A stretch of DNA of 64,000 bases from Anthoceros angustus (taxonomy: Eukaryota; Plantae; Anthocerotophyta), in the NCBI GenBank assembly GCA_010909165.1, contig MU008163.1:1426001-1490000 (forward strand). Direction: 5' to 3'. Below, piece by piece: positions 32,787-46,133 of the stretch. The position numbers and the translations under genes were made by a program. How positions within the stretch are numbered: the stretch's first letter is position 1; each line of letters opens with the position of its first letter. The notes beneath the pieces were generated by a model, which was given only the letters and a program-made list of their open reading frames with translations, ran no database searches and was not told the origin of the DNA.

Positions 32787-34943
32787 CTATCCTTCTCCAT
32801 GCCTTCTGGATGGGGGCCGTATCAGCCTTGCTTGACCCTTTAGCTGCTTCTGCTCCCCGACCAGAAAACTGTGCACCACTCCATCAGTATCTGTCCACCA
32901 GCTCTCACCTGGCTGCTTCCATGCCTTAATTCCTATCCTCCTTGCCTGCATCTCAGCTGCGTGCTCCCACATCTGGACACAGATGTATATATTCGACATA
33001 GTTACGTATGCGGTGGCATCGTTTTCATCAAGTTTCACTGCTTCATTGAAAGCAAGCCTTCCCACCTCCACATTCCTCCACTTTCGACAAGCACCCAACA
33101 GATTGTGCCAAAGTGCAGTGTTGGGTGATACAGGCAATGTCCTTGCCAACACTAGAGCTTCATTCAGTCGGCCTGCCCGGCCAAGGAGATCGACCATGCA
33201 AGTGTAGTGCTCCACCGTGGGAGCGATGCCGTAGATTTTGCTCATAGCCTCAAAGTACTCTTTCCCCTTGTTCACTAGGCCCGCATGACTGCACACTGCT
33301 AGGACACTGAGGAAGGTGACTCCAACCGGATGTATGCCATCCTCCAGCATCTTGTGAACTAAATCAAAGACCTCTTCACTGTCCCCTTGGCAACTGTAGC
33401 CTGCTATCAGCGCACTCCAGGTTACGACATCTCTTTCCAGCAATGCATCAAACACATGCTGTGCATCCACCACGCTCCCAGCCTTCCCATACATGTTTAT
33501 CAAACTGCCAGCTACAAAAACGTCAGCTTGAAGGCCTTGTTGTTCAATCCGTGCATGTAGCTGTCTTCCCAGATGCAAAGCTGCCACATTTGCACATGCC
33601 TGCAGGAGATACACAAAGGTCACACAATCAGGTGAAGCGATCCCTTCTAATTGCATAGCATGATAAAGATTAAGGGCTTTCTGGCCCATGCTCTGCTGGG
33701 AATACCCTGCTATCAAGGCATTCCACGTCACAACATCTTTTTGAACAAGTCCGTCAAACACTGTCTGAGCATCCTCTAGGCTCCCACACTTTGAGTACAT
33801 GTTAACCAAACTGTTAGCTACAAACCCATCATCTTGATGTCCTCGTTCCTTAATTTGAGCATGAATCTCCTTCCCAATCTCCAAAGCAGAAGTCCCCACA
33901 CTTGCGCATGCCTGCAGGAGGCACAAAAATGTCACAGAATCGGGTACAGCCATGCCATCTTCTTGCATAGCACTGTAGAGCCGGAGAGCTTCCAGGCCCA
34001 TGCCCTGCTGGGAATACCCTGCAATCATAGCATTCCACGTCACTGCATCTTTTCTATTTAGTCTGTCAAACACTCCTTGAGCTTCCTCCAAGCTGCCACA
34101 CTTTGCATACATGTCCACCAAGCAGCTACAGACAAACACATCAGGCTCAGTCCCACTGGCCAACACATCGGCATGCACAAGCTGCCCACTTTTCAAATCC
34201 AATCCCCTCGTACAGGCTTGAAGGGCTGCGACATACACATGACCATCTGGCTTCACACTTGACCTGCGCATCCGGCGATACAATTGTAAGGCCTGCTTGT
34301 CTTGCCCGTGTTTAGCATGAGCAGAAATGAGGGAGGACCACATGAAGGCATCTGGTTTCGCAACCGCTTCAAATACATCCATCGCGTCTTGCAACCTGCC
34401 ATGGCAAGCATACATTCGCAGGATGTGGTTGCCCAGGAAGGTGTCCGACTCGTATCCCACTTTCACCGTGAAGGCATGGACCAGGCGACCTAGCATAAGA
34501 TCCTTCTTGACTACACATTTCTTTAGGACAACATAAATAAGACCTTTGGGAATACAACAGTCTGTCTGCACCAGACTCCCCAAGGCCTCAACAGCCTCAG
34601 CGAGCAGGCCCTGATCACATAGCCTGCTCACGGTTTCAGCCGTGTCAGAATCACTCGCCAAGCTCCAGTCGGCATCCACCAAGGCCGTCTTGGAGTAGTT
34701 GATACTGCACAGAAGTCCTGGATGCCGAACAAATTGTCGCCGAACGAGCTCCTGCGAACGACAAGCTGCACGTCCAGCCAGACATTCTCGAGGACTGGCT
34801 AGCTTTCTTGCCGTGGTAATGTACCTCCCAAATTGGTACGGTTGGTTGCCTGAATCCAGGTGAGCCGGACCTCTTCCTCCTGGAAGACCTGTTAACCCAC
34901 CACTTTGCCTGGTCCACGAAAACTGACCGCTCCAGACAGTCAT
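32787..34943 (-). CDS. PLS-class PPR protein with E domains and PG-box (PGESWW), DYW deaminase truncated
   Basis: 718-aa intronless ORF with P-L-S triplets, E1/E2 motifs and KQPGESWWTDTDGVVHSFLVGE. No HxE/CxxC/DYW follows. Confidence 0.93.
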   Translation of the reverse strand: MTVWSGQFSWTRQSGGLTGLPGGRGPAHLDSGNQPYQFGRYITTARKLASPRECLAGRAACRSQELVRRQFVRHPGLLCSINYSKTALVDADWSLASDSDTAETVSRLCDQGLLAEAVEALGSLVQTDCCIPKGLIYVVLKKCVVKKDLMLGRLVHAFTVKVGYESDTFLGNHILRMYACHGRLQDAMDVFEAVAKPDAFMWSSLISAHAKHGQDKQALQLYRRMRRSSVKPDGHVYVAALQACTRGLDLKSGQLVHADVLASGTEPDVFVCSCLVDMYAKCGSLEEAQGVFDRLNRKDAVTWNAMIAGYSQQGMGLEALRLYSAMQEDGMAVPDSVTFLCLLQACASVGTSALEIGKEIHAQIKERGHQDDGFVANSLVNMYSKCGSLEDAQTVFDGLVQKDVVTWNALIAGYSQQSMGQKALNLYHAMQLEGIASPDCVTFVYLLQACANVAALHLGRQLHARIEQQGLQADVFVAGSLINMYGKAGSVVDAQHVFDALLERDVVTWSALIAGYSCQGDSEEVFDLVHKMLEDGIHPVGVTFLSVLAVCSHAGLVNKGKEYFEAMSKIYGIAPTVEHYTCMVDLLGRAGRLNEALVLARTLPVSPNTALWHNLLGACRKWRNVEVGRLAFNEAVKLDENDATAYVTMSNIYICVQMWEHAAEMQARRIGIKAWKQPGESWWTDTDGVVHSFLVGEQKQLKGQARLIRPPSRRHGEG

Positions 34944-36173
34944 CGCTAAGCTCTAAAACATGCATGCAAGAGCACAGACCGGCTCCCTGGAGCCCTTCAC
35001 CACGCATAAAATTATGTCGAGATGTCACAGTCCATCTGACATTACACAGACTTGCACACAAATACTTCTGTCTAGAATTTTCATGAGAGCCTGGAAGAAC
35101 TCGTCATCCAGGTCATTCCAGCTAAGTATTCCAAAGTCGTGTCCTTGACAAGGAGGTGCTTAGAAGGCCTGCACCACTTGCCATGGGACGCTTCAGGGGT
35201 AAAGACTTGAAGCCTGCTTACCTTGCCCAATTGCAGACTTGATTCCGGGCTAGGGTTTGCCACAACCACCCGGAATATATTCTGCAGCTGCACAAGGCAA
35301 TCAGGAAAGAAGTCTCCACCCAGGACAAGGTCCATACTTCAAGCACTGTCTATTCACAGCAATGAGAGACAGCATAAGACGCTGGACGAGCTGAACGGAC
35401 TTGGCTGGGACGGCTTGGATGACGAGCAGTTCAAGGCCCTCGCGGGATCACCTGACATGAAGATCAATCACCTTGTGGACTATTAGACCAGGGAACACAC
35501 CATAGTAGCTTCCACAGAAGGCTATCCTTGTAAGGAAGGGTCACCGACGGCAAGACGGTGCACTCTGGTTGTTGATTTCGAGTATCTATGTGACCCGCCA
35601 CTGTATCAACCAGCGGTAGCTAGGGCATACTTCATAGAGAACTTATTCGACAGTTGGCACCACGTTGGCGGAGATGAGGTTTTAATCACCTTTGTTCGAC
35701 TAGGTACTTATGCATCAGTTTTATTACTATTAGGTCGCCAGACGCCAAGAAGTGTTCCATTACTAGTTCTAAATTGAGACTCTTGGAGCCGCCGACATCT
35801 TTGCAAAGTCCCAAGAGTACTGTTGCAATATACAGAACGGTGACAAGCGACGAAACTCGGATACATGCAACGTCGCATAGACTACAGCTACCAAATCTGG
35901 GACACGGGGATATCAGCCCCAAGGGCCAAAAATCCTTCACACGCGCACCATGCAGGATTGAGAGCCAGAGGGAACGATAATGCCACCCTTGGCCTCTATC
36001 TTTCCCAAGAACATCCAGTACATGTCGTGATAGGTCTACGAAGTGCCAGACGGTGAATGCAAGAAAACGAGTATCAGAGCTCGTGCCATGCTGGCAAGGC
36101 CAAAACGCCAACGCCTGTAATACAGCTAATATGAAGGCTTCAGCACCGCCACAATAGCTGCCGGGGACAGGAG

Positions 36174-39100
36174 CTACTCCTCTGCAGCACGTGCAGCACT
36201 AAGATCCACACTTAAGTCCAGGACCTGCACGTAGATAACGTGTCAATCAGAAGCCAACCCAATCAACGAAATCAAGACATTTCATCCGTGCCAACCCTAG
36301 CTCGACTGCCGCCTCACAGTCTGTACCGGTGGCGACCATCAAACTGACTGTATCCTCTTTAGACATGGTTCTATGGGGAAACATTTCAATTCTCCAAAAA
36401 TTCAAGGCCATGGCAAACCGTTACATCACGCAAGTGTAGTCCAAAAATACCTTTCCCGTGATTTTTGTGTACATTGCACAGACATCTTGAACAGTTGTCT
36501 CAAAATGAGTGGTTGGATCATAGCTCTGCATTCATAAAAAAAATTAGCCACAGATGGGTTTCAAATATATATATCAGCATTACGTCTACAAAAGACTGGG
36601 CAGAGACGCTCAACTACCTTGGATATATAACAGTTGTCTTTACTTGAGTCATTGATAGGCTCATATCTGTCATAGATTTCATAAAAGGTCTCGTCCACAG
36701 GCCCTAGAATGCTCAGCCCAGGGGCAAGCTCCTGCTCTGGCCTGTCTGTCTCAGCTGCTGTGGATACAAAAGCTATATACTTTCCCTTGGGAGCCACATT
36801 GTGGGAATAGGAACAGCAAAACACATACCTGCAGCATGAACACGAGATCACAACACCTCAGTCCCAGAAACCAGGAGAGTTATCAAAAGCAAGAGAAAAC
36901 AAGAATGATACAGACATGTCGGATTTCCTGTTCAGCTGCTTCTGAGGAAGTATGATTTGAACAGACTGAGATTCATTTGTGTTTGGGATAGCATGGCTCA
37001 AAAAACAAATTGCTCGAACTACTTTCCCCACAACTTTCACCTGCAAAAAACCAGGATTGAAGTAAGTGCCGCTTATGTCAAATGAGCTGCTCTGCTATAA
37101 ACATGGACATCTGAACCCCGTATACCTTGTCAGGGAGGTATGACGGGTCACAGACCACCCTCTTGGACTTTGCAGTTTCTCCTTCGGAGGTCACACCCCT
37201 TACTTTCCCGTCCTCATCAAATTCTACCTGAAAACCCCACAAGGGTTTTACCACAATGACAGCACAGGATGGAAGTCCAGAATGGCTTCTGAGAAGCATA
37301 CCTTGCAATCAGGCTTGGCTAGCATGTATGTCCCACCGTACACAGCACTCAACCGGGCAAAAGCCTGTGAGGATAAGACACAATATCTGAGCCTTGAGCT
37401 CAACAAGACTGGCTTGGCAAACAAAGGCTGTGAAGTTAGCTGATGGGAAAAGCCAAATCAATAAATTACCTGAGGAAGCTCTCCAAGCCCGTAGAGAGGG
37501 TAAATGTATGGTGAAGTGCCCTGGAACCTGATCAAGGACTCCTCATAGAGCTACACAGCCCACTCCCAAAACATTAGGGAGGATTTGTCTTGCAAAACAC
37601 AGCTTATAGAACACGGCTGCAGCTGGAGAGCAATTTTGGAGCCTGAAATGCTAACCTTAACCCTCTTCACCATCTCTAGCGCGGGCTGATCAATATAATC
37701 ATCATCCCTATAAAGTGCTAGAGCATGGCCAATGAAATCAATTGTGTTCTCCGCCAGCTTGAACTTACTGTACATTTCACAGGTTAGACAAACACGTAGA
37801 GGTGAATATTAAGGCATGTGCATGAAGTACAACACTCATTTTGCACATCCTGACCCAACCAGTACAAAAGATGAACACGTTTTACCCTCAAAAGTTCTAT
37901 CCAAAGTTGTGGCAACTCACATAAATAGTTCCTTAGACGTAACTCTGGTAAGATCCAAGCCCTCATGGGTTTTAGGATCCTTTTCGTCATAGTTCTGCAC
38001 ATACAAAAAGAAGGACCTTGCATGGCGCTTCTCAAAGAGTCCCATCAGTGGGGACTTCAAAGCTTCCACATCATTTGCTGGGACTTTGTAGATCTGCAAA
38101 GGATTTCAAGGCGGGTCAGCAGAGAATGGAGGCATTTCCAGGGCAACAAGCAGTCCACCTTTGAGAATTGATTGCTTGACAATACAAACTTTGAACATCA
38201 GCGGGAAATGAATAATCACAGCAAAGCTGAGGTTCCATATGCTGCACACAACTGTACACCTTTCCTTGCTTGTAGACATAGCTGCCGTCTACAGCTTTGA
38301 ATGAAAGATACTTGGTCACATCAGTGTGGATCAGAACTTTCACCAGGGTTCCATTTGCCATCATGAACTGCACAGGGGCGAGGGATCATGGGTAAGACAA
38401 CCAAACTGGAGACAGACATGTGGTAAAACTTACAGGGAGACTTGAAAAACACGCAACCACATGCCATAAATGTGGGCATCCGTTATGAATAATCACCCGA
38501 CACGCCTCGGTCTAAAAGAAGACACACCTTGGGGACCATGTCAACATTGTACTCCTTGCTAGATCCAAGTGCCGGAGGTGGTTTCTCTCCATTCTTGAAC
38601 TTACTCCATAGCTGCAAATGCCATATCTCTCAGTCTCACCAAGTGGAGTCAGGTGAGACTGAAAGAGCATTGACACTCGCCACCAAGCACCCAGCCAGCA
38701 CAGCTTACCTGATTGAGAGTGAGAGACGCAGATGCGCCTCCGTAGTAGTCATTCCTGTCCATGTGCAACACCTACAGCAAACGCCAATCAGCACGGTCAA
38801 CCTCCGAATCAACTGACCGCAGCTACAACCAAATATTAGTATCAATAATCCTCAAAAATCACACGACATTGCCAACATTTCATTTTCCCAGCACGAAGAT
38901 CAAGTAACCAGCGTCTCAGCCACCAGCCAGAGGCGCACGAAAGACCTCCGCAAACACAGCTAATTGTAGCACTTCGTCAAGAGAACCAAAAACTAGCACA
39001 CAGCGAGACCTTGGCTCCGGAGTCCACCAACCAATTCAGCCAACTGGTGCCATCACAGGTTACTAAGACGCGGGAGCGGTCAGACAAGGCTCCCGGAAAG

Positions 39101-39449
39101 CGCTCACTTAAGATGCGGCACAAACCGCATCCATCACACCAGCACAGGTTTCAGAAAACCGTCGGCTTGCCCTACCGGCCATGATCCCCTCATTTCCCCA
39201 CAACCAGCCTAACCAGGGCTTCCAAGCGAAGCCCGGCACCCGAGGTGGCGACAGGACACCAGGCAATTGCGATCTCCAGCAAGCGGAGGACGGGCAGCAC
39301 AGGAGCAACTGGCTCATCTTCATCTCATCTCATCTGCAGGCAGCCAAGAGAGCAGACCTCACCTTGAGGCGATCGACGGAGAGCAGGCCGCTGAGAATGC
39401 ACTCCTTCAGCCCGGTGCCGAGCACGATCACATCGTACTCTTCATCCAT
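36174..39449 (-). CDS. GDI: Rab GDP-dissociation inhibitor, multi-exon
   Basis: [25 protein letters not shown]; [10 protein letters not shown]; [24 protein letters not shown]; [15 protein letters not shown]; IILPQKQ; [12 protein letters not shown]; final exon [20 protein letters not shown] introns. Confidence 0.97.
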
Positions 39450-41169
39450 CTTGGCACCGCTGTAGGTGCGCAGCTCCGGGAGCTCAAGCCCGAGCACAGG
39501 CGAGCACGAGAAGAGATCCGAGGCTGCGAGAGGCCTGCCGCGCTTCGCCGAAGGAGGTCGCCGCCGGGGACGGGAAAGCGCGCGAGCACGTCTGAATTAG
39601 CGCGACTGGATCCAACCTGTGCGCGAGAGGACACGGGAGTGGCAGGGCCAGGCTGATAAGCGCAGCCACGCTGTAAGCAAGTGGAGAAGGCACGAAAGCC
39701 CTGCCTTCCCTTTCCGCTCTCTGCCTCAGATCCAAACCGGGACCGAACCAGGGCCGGGCTGGGCCGGGTAGCTAAAACCAGCGTGTAAGAGCAGCGGCAG
39801 CAGTCAACTCGAACCGAGTCTTCCCCGAATGTGCTCGCAACTTAGTCGAGGACAACCGTGGAGGCTCACAGGGAGGAAGAGTTGTGAAAATATTTTTGAA
39901 TTCCACAACGGACGATGACCGTGACCGTGGATACGTATACATTGTTTGGGCGTAACACCTAAAAACTGTCCAAGTAGTAGGTAGCTGAACTTCTTCGCAG
40001 GATGGGATGGAAGCAACCTTTGGTGATGGGATTTGTATCATGGTTATATTACGTTTACCAACCAGTGCTATCAAAGGTTGATAAATTTTTTTACTAGATT
40101 ATATAAAGTTGTGCAAAGGCTGATCATAGTTTTTATTTCTACGGATGTGCTTCATAAGGTTGATGAAGATCCTCTAGCCTGGTAGGAGCGCCAACTGCAT
40201 GGTGAAGTTTGATGTTGCAGTGGGTGGGTTAATCGAGCCCAGATTTATTTTGGTGGGAAACACTTGGGCCTGAAGGTTAGGTACATTATCATTGAAATCA
40301 TACAAATATGCAGTGCAGCAAATATAGCAATGCAGCAAGCGACACACAGAGTAAACACTCATAATACCTTTCCAGATCATGTTAAGCCTAATCTTCAATA
40401 TCCCCCACTCCAATGATGGAATCACTTGAACCTAACAAACCATTAATCCAAAGAAAAATGTCTTAACCATCAATCCAGAGATTCATAACAAAGACCAAGT
40501 CAACTCTTACCAAAAAACACAAGCTCTATCACTCAAGCAACCTTCATCACAATAAGAGTTGGCGAAGAGCGTGGTCGTAATTCTCTGCATTATCAAGGAA
40601 GATAAACATCTTCGCCCCCCTTTTGGAAGATAAAAGTGCTCTCTGATCCAGAGCATAGAATAGTTTCGCCCTAGACATTGTTTTATGCTTGTTTCCCCTT
40701 AGACATTATTTTATATTACCATGGTAAGAATTTATCTAAGAAACTAAAATGGGCTACTTAAATAATACAAAACAACGTTTACGCTATCGATCTACCTCCT
40801 TGAAGTGACGAGTGATATTTTTTGAGGAAGAATTGGGAGCTTATTTAAACTAGCTTAAGCAAGTTTGAGAAAAGCAAAAGGTACATCTTACTTACTCGTT
40901 GAGTGAGTTGTCCATTGAAATTATTATTTATCTTTAAATATAAAAATTTAAAATCTTATAATTAAATGGTAATATCTACTATGAAGTATACTTGATTGAA
41001 TAAATATAGATAGATAATGCTTATCTATCTGTTCCTTTGGCCACTTTTTGGAGAGCAGTATAAACTTTTGTAAGCATTATCTATTGTAATATATATGTAA
41101 TAATATTTATCACATATATATGGCATACAAGGGGTGGAAAGTACAAAAGAGCGATTTTTTTCCATTTAA

Positions 41170-41422
41170 GGAGCGCCCATATACTCTACCTAATGATATT
41201 TTCTTGACCTGGTGAGCAAGGTCTCCCCCATATAGGTACTCTGCCTCATAGTATTTTCTTGACCTGGAAACCAGGTCTCCCATATGAGTACTCTGCGTCA
41301 TGGTATTTTCTTGACCTGGGAAGATATTCTGCCTCATGGTATTTTCTTTACCAGGGGAAGCCGTCTCCCATAAACTCTGCCTAGGTAATGGTATTTTCTT
41401 GACCTGGTGGAGCCAGGTCTCT
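41170..41422. repeat. Degenerate ~55-bp tandem repeat
   Basis: Core tattttcttgacctgg / ctctgcctcat recurs about 5 times. Confidence 0.75.
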
Positions 41423-42729
41423 GGTGCAGATATGGCTGTAACAGGCCTACTGGAGACACAATCTCGTGTTATTAACCCTCCGAGAAGGGAGGGGTGCAGA
41501 CCAAGGAAAGGAATGCTGGCAGGCGGGTCACCTCCACTCTCGACTTCCTCATCGAATACACAGCTTATCGGAGGGTGAAGTCAGCTGCCTAGTGGCCGTT
41601 CGCCGTTGCTATCTTTGCAGAATCCAGTGGTAGATGCCCTGGCTTGGGGATGGGATTTTGTGGCATGTGTATGGAAATGTATCAGCAACTGGCCTGGGTG
41701 GGAATGCTGACTGTGGATGCTTGGCCTGCCGAGTAGAAACAGAAAGAAGGGCCTAGACTTTCTTCTAGGAGCTCTGTCGCCAGTATCGTGATCCCCTTTT
41801 GAAGATGACATGGCCTAAGTGGAAATTAGCCCTTGTGAGAAACTCTACGACTGAGTGGGGAAAACCCTCGTGCAGCTGACTGAAGAGTTTGATGTGGGAA
41901 GTGCTCCAGAGCCTTGTTCGGCCTTGTGGCCAAGGGGACGGAGCGAAAAGGAGCCCTTCAGCAGAGCAACGCAGGTCTTGATGATTCTGTGGGCACTTCT
42001 GAGTTGCCAGTGATGTAAGCCTTTAGCTGCCTCTTTAGCCCTAGCAGCAACAGTCCCAATCTTGAGCCATCCATAGCCAGAATTCGCCTCTCAGAGGTGC
42101 CCTTGAGTCTGATTTACTACTGTTCAGCTGCTTGGTGAACGGGCATGCGTGCAAAGTGTGGCAACTTGGAAGACGCACAGGGAGAGTTCGATGCCCGAGC
42201 CCTGCTCCTGCGTGTTCCCGATTCTTGGTTCTGAACAGTTGCAACTCCACAGGGCCCTGCAGTATAGCAGGGGCCTCCATGCCAAAACTTGTCGTGTATG
42301 TAACACGGAAACCAGTAGCCAGGATAGCTTTTCCGTCGGGAGTCCCCAGCCAGGTAGCCACACTGCATAGGATGCTGGCTGTGAGGACGTTGAGCTCGCT
42401 GATTCTGGGAGTTGAAGGTTTCCCTTCACGCCGATTTAAACCAGCTCTGAAAGTTGAAGGTGTAGCTTGAGCTTGAAACCAGACTTCATCCAACTGCTCC
42501 CAAGTGTTGCCAGTGAACTGCCGAGTCTTGCTGGTCTCTGAATGTGTCTTTCTGGCCTAGTTGAATGGAAAGTGAGGGGCTTCCCTTCCTGATGTTCCCC
42601 GGTTTGCTGATATATGAACGGTCTTCACTGTAGGCTGGTCGGTTGGCTGTGTTGCCGAGAGGTGCGTTGAAGGAGGTTAGTTGGTGGCGAGATTGTGCCG
42701 CCGTGAAAGGGTTTGAGTGCAGCAAGGCG

Positions 42730-45700
42730 ATGAAAGGATGGCTGCGCTATGCTCATGGCGGTTTGTTTCCGCCGTCGCCTTCCCGAAAGCGACGTAGCGA
42801 TGCGAAGGTCAGGTCTGGAAAGAAATCCAGGACAGGACCGAGGGGCCCTCGGTTGGAGGTGCAGGAAGAAGACCAGTCGAAGAGTGCAGGTTTCCTGCCG
42901 GAGGAGTCGGGAGACGAGCCTGAGGCTCCGGCAGTGGAGGGAATCAGGTTGGAGGTTATACTTGACTGTAGAAGAGAAGGTTTTTTTTTCATGGTGGTGT
43001 GTCGAATCGGAACAAGTGAGCAAGTTGTGGTGGTGTTGTCTCTGCAGCTCGGTCACATACGATGGGGACTCAGCGATGGTCAATCTCCAGTTTGGGCAGG
43101 TTTTGTCTTGTGCTTTAGCTAGAATTATGTCACCTGATAAACTGTTTCGTGTTCGGAGGACTTTGGTGATGTCGGACGTGGATTGAGTGGTTCGGTTGAC
43201 TCTGTAGGTTGCGTCCATGGATGGATGTGCCATGGTCACTTGTGTGAAAGGCGGTGCGGCTATGTTGGGGTATAACCTCCTTCATGGTGTCGAAGTGTAT
43301 GTCTGCTCAAGCTCGAAGATATCTCCTGTTGTCTGCTTCGAGCCACGTTTGCTCCATGTGAAAGAGAGGGGCTTGAGGAGCCCCTCCAGGAAAGATGATG
43401 GTGCTGGGTGCGTTCTGGAGTTCAAGTCCCATCATGGGGGACTTCCTGCAGATGATGGAACTCAGAGGCTGTCATTTAAGATTGTGAGTGTTGTTTTCAC
43501 ATGTGTGCATGTCTGTGAGATGTGGAGTACAGGGAGTTGTCAAGCTGTATGGGCATTTATCCCGTTGAATGGCGCAGGTGGTCTGTGAGGCAGGGGTTGG
43601 AGGTAAGGCGGATTCGGTAGCTGAGTCAATGGAAGGCTCGGGAGCTGAGGTCAAGGTGAAGCAAGCTAGGAAGTACGGGGAAACTGACTCGGATGGTTGT
43701 GATTCTGAAGGAGAGCCTTCAGATGAAAGCCTGGATGAAGAGGACCAGATGGATGTTGATAAGCCACTAGTCTTCAGGAAGAGGAGGGCAGACGATCAGG
43801 ACATGCCAGTAAAGAGAAGAAAGGAGATACAAGAAGACATGCGATCAATTGTCCTTCCTCCTTCATGGTGTGCTGCAGCTGATGCTATCCTGCAGGATAA
43901 CCAACCTGGTGGACCCATTGTGGCAATATGTGGGGCTAAGAACACAGGGAAATCTACTTTCGGGAGATATCTTGTCAACAGACTACTTAACAGGTCCCTG
44001 CAATCCGTGCTTCCAATTTTTTTGTTGGGCTGCAGACATCTAGCTTAAGGATGTTTACATGTGAATATAGAGATCGCTGCCTGGTCCACATTTTCGTTAT
44101 AGATGTCAGGAAGCACGTGTGAGAATCTCACTCTTGAATGTTTGAACTCAGTTATGACGCAGTAGCATACTTGGACTCCGATGTGGGGCAACCAGAGTTC
44201 ACGGTTCCAGGATGCTTATCTCTTCACATCATTGATAGGCCAATAACAGGTATGTAGACTAACCTTGTCTGAGCGTTGGTATCTGGTCTCTCTACACGTT
44301 GACACGTTATGTTTGCGTGTTCCTCTTGTATTACGTTCTCTGATAACTACTATGCGGTTGTGTTTGCAGGTCCACCAGCATTCCACCTTCACAACCCAGA
44401 GAGGTGACCGTTTGATTTCTGGTGATTTTCAGGGGCAGTATTTGTGAAAGGCATTGGCTCTCTCACGACTACTGATTGATTACTGTTGGTCTTTGAAGCT
44501 CAGGTGTTTCTTCTTTGGTGATGTTTCTCCTAAGAGCAATCCAGCGCTATATATGCAGCAGTTTGAAAGCCTTTATCATTATTTTCAGAAGTTGATTCGC
44601 TGTGCGGATGGGGAGTTGAAAGGTGGCCGCCAGACTCCCCTGGTGATAAACACTCATGGGTGGATTAAAGGTGAGTTATCTGTCAAGCTGGAAGCCCTTG
44701 GTTGAGCAGCCTAATCTGGAATGATGTACCACTAAGCAATGGTTTTTGGTGCAGGTGTGGGTTACAACTTACTGGTCCACCTTCTTGGACACATTCATCC
44801 TTCACACACTGTGCAAGTCTTGTCCCAAGCTGACAGCAAGAACCTCCCACCTAGCAAATTCTGGGATGTTCAAAATGAGGCTGTGGGTGATACAGAGCTC
44901 CTGTATATTTCAACTCCCTCAGCAGTTCGTGGGGACGCTGTGTACGAACCTGTCTTTGGCTCTCCTGCTGTTCTTCTCATTGAAACTAACATTAGCAGTG
45001 AGAAGCTGGAAGAGGGTCACAAATGGTTTTTTGCCGTCTCATGTCTTGCAGGGATGGTAATGGGCATGTAGGTAGGAGTGCTGTACATATGAGAGGCTTA
45101 CGAGTCTTGTCATATTTTCAGCAGTGTTTTGGCCGCGACCTTGCCCCTCTTCCATTCAGAGAAGAGAGGCTGTTTATGCAAACGGCGATGGACCTAACTT
45201 TTCACGCACCTTACGTGGTCTCGTCATCCGCTGTGAAGGTGGTTCATATGCACTCAGAGGTGAGACCTACATTCTCTGGGCAATGCGCTCCTCATGCTTC
45301 ATGCTTCTCGGACTGAGCAGGTATGTCACCAAGAGGCTGGTAATGCACGTGGTCACTGAAAGCTTGACTGAACTTCGCTCTCAGGTGCCAAGCAGTGAAA
45401 GCTTATACAGCATCAATGGTGCATTGGTCGGGTTAGCTATAAGTTGCCGCCCCAAGGACAGGCAGGATGCGCTGCAGGAATCGCATGCGACATGCATCGG
45501 GTTCGGTATGTGAGTGCAATATTCTGCAGGGCTAGGATGTCTCCCTGCCATTCCTTTGATCTGACGGCACTGGTATGCAGGCATTGTACGCGCTGTGGAT
45601 TTGAGCCTCGGTTTAATCTACCTCATCACCCCTGTTCCTCTGGAGCTGCTGGAGGAAGTGGACACTATTCTGCAGGGTCGAGTGAAACTACCATTGCCCT

Positions 45701-45919
45701 TACTGCAGGTATTCGAATCTACCCCTGCGTCCCAATTCAATTGCAATTTGTGTACATAGTATCTCATCCCTCACAAAGCAGGATTAACAACCCCTTGTCC
45801 TCCTTCTGCAGGCAAAAGGCTTCGAGTCCCCTTACCTGTGCCTCAATTCCGTGGATGCGCAAGGAACTGGCGCAGCAGCAATGAAGGCTCACAGCTCAAC
45901 TCCACGCAGAGTGGCATGA
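42730..45919 (+). CDS. NOL9: Polynucleotide 5'-hydroxyl kinase NOL9/Grc3 (Clp1 family), multi-exon
   Basis: P-loop VAICGAKNTGKSTFGRYLVN, YLDSDVGQPEFTVPG, FFFGDVSPK, PLVINTHGWIKG, C-terminal ESPYLCLNS..GTGAAAM. Start codon tentative. Confidence 0.92.
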
Positions 45920-46133
45920 TCAAATCGTACAGTAGCCTGCCTTTCTTTGCTGATCATCCAATGTTGCAACGTCTTCATCCCGCAGTAAAAAGGGAATTCT
46001 TCAACCTTGTTGGTTCTCGTGCTTGAGTACACCTGCGGCAGCTTGCTACTATAGTACATATTTCAGTCAAAAATCCAGATCGGCCTGTTCGAGGACGGAG
46101 CCCAACCTTTGATACAGCACAGGACACCAAACG

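Noticed and set aside
32489-32800. Frameshifted DYW domain downstream of the PPR
   Set aside because: No HxE, CxxC or DYW-like motif seen in the frames examined.
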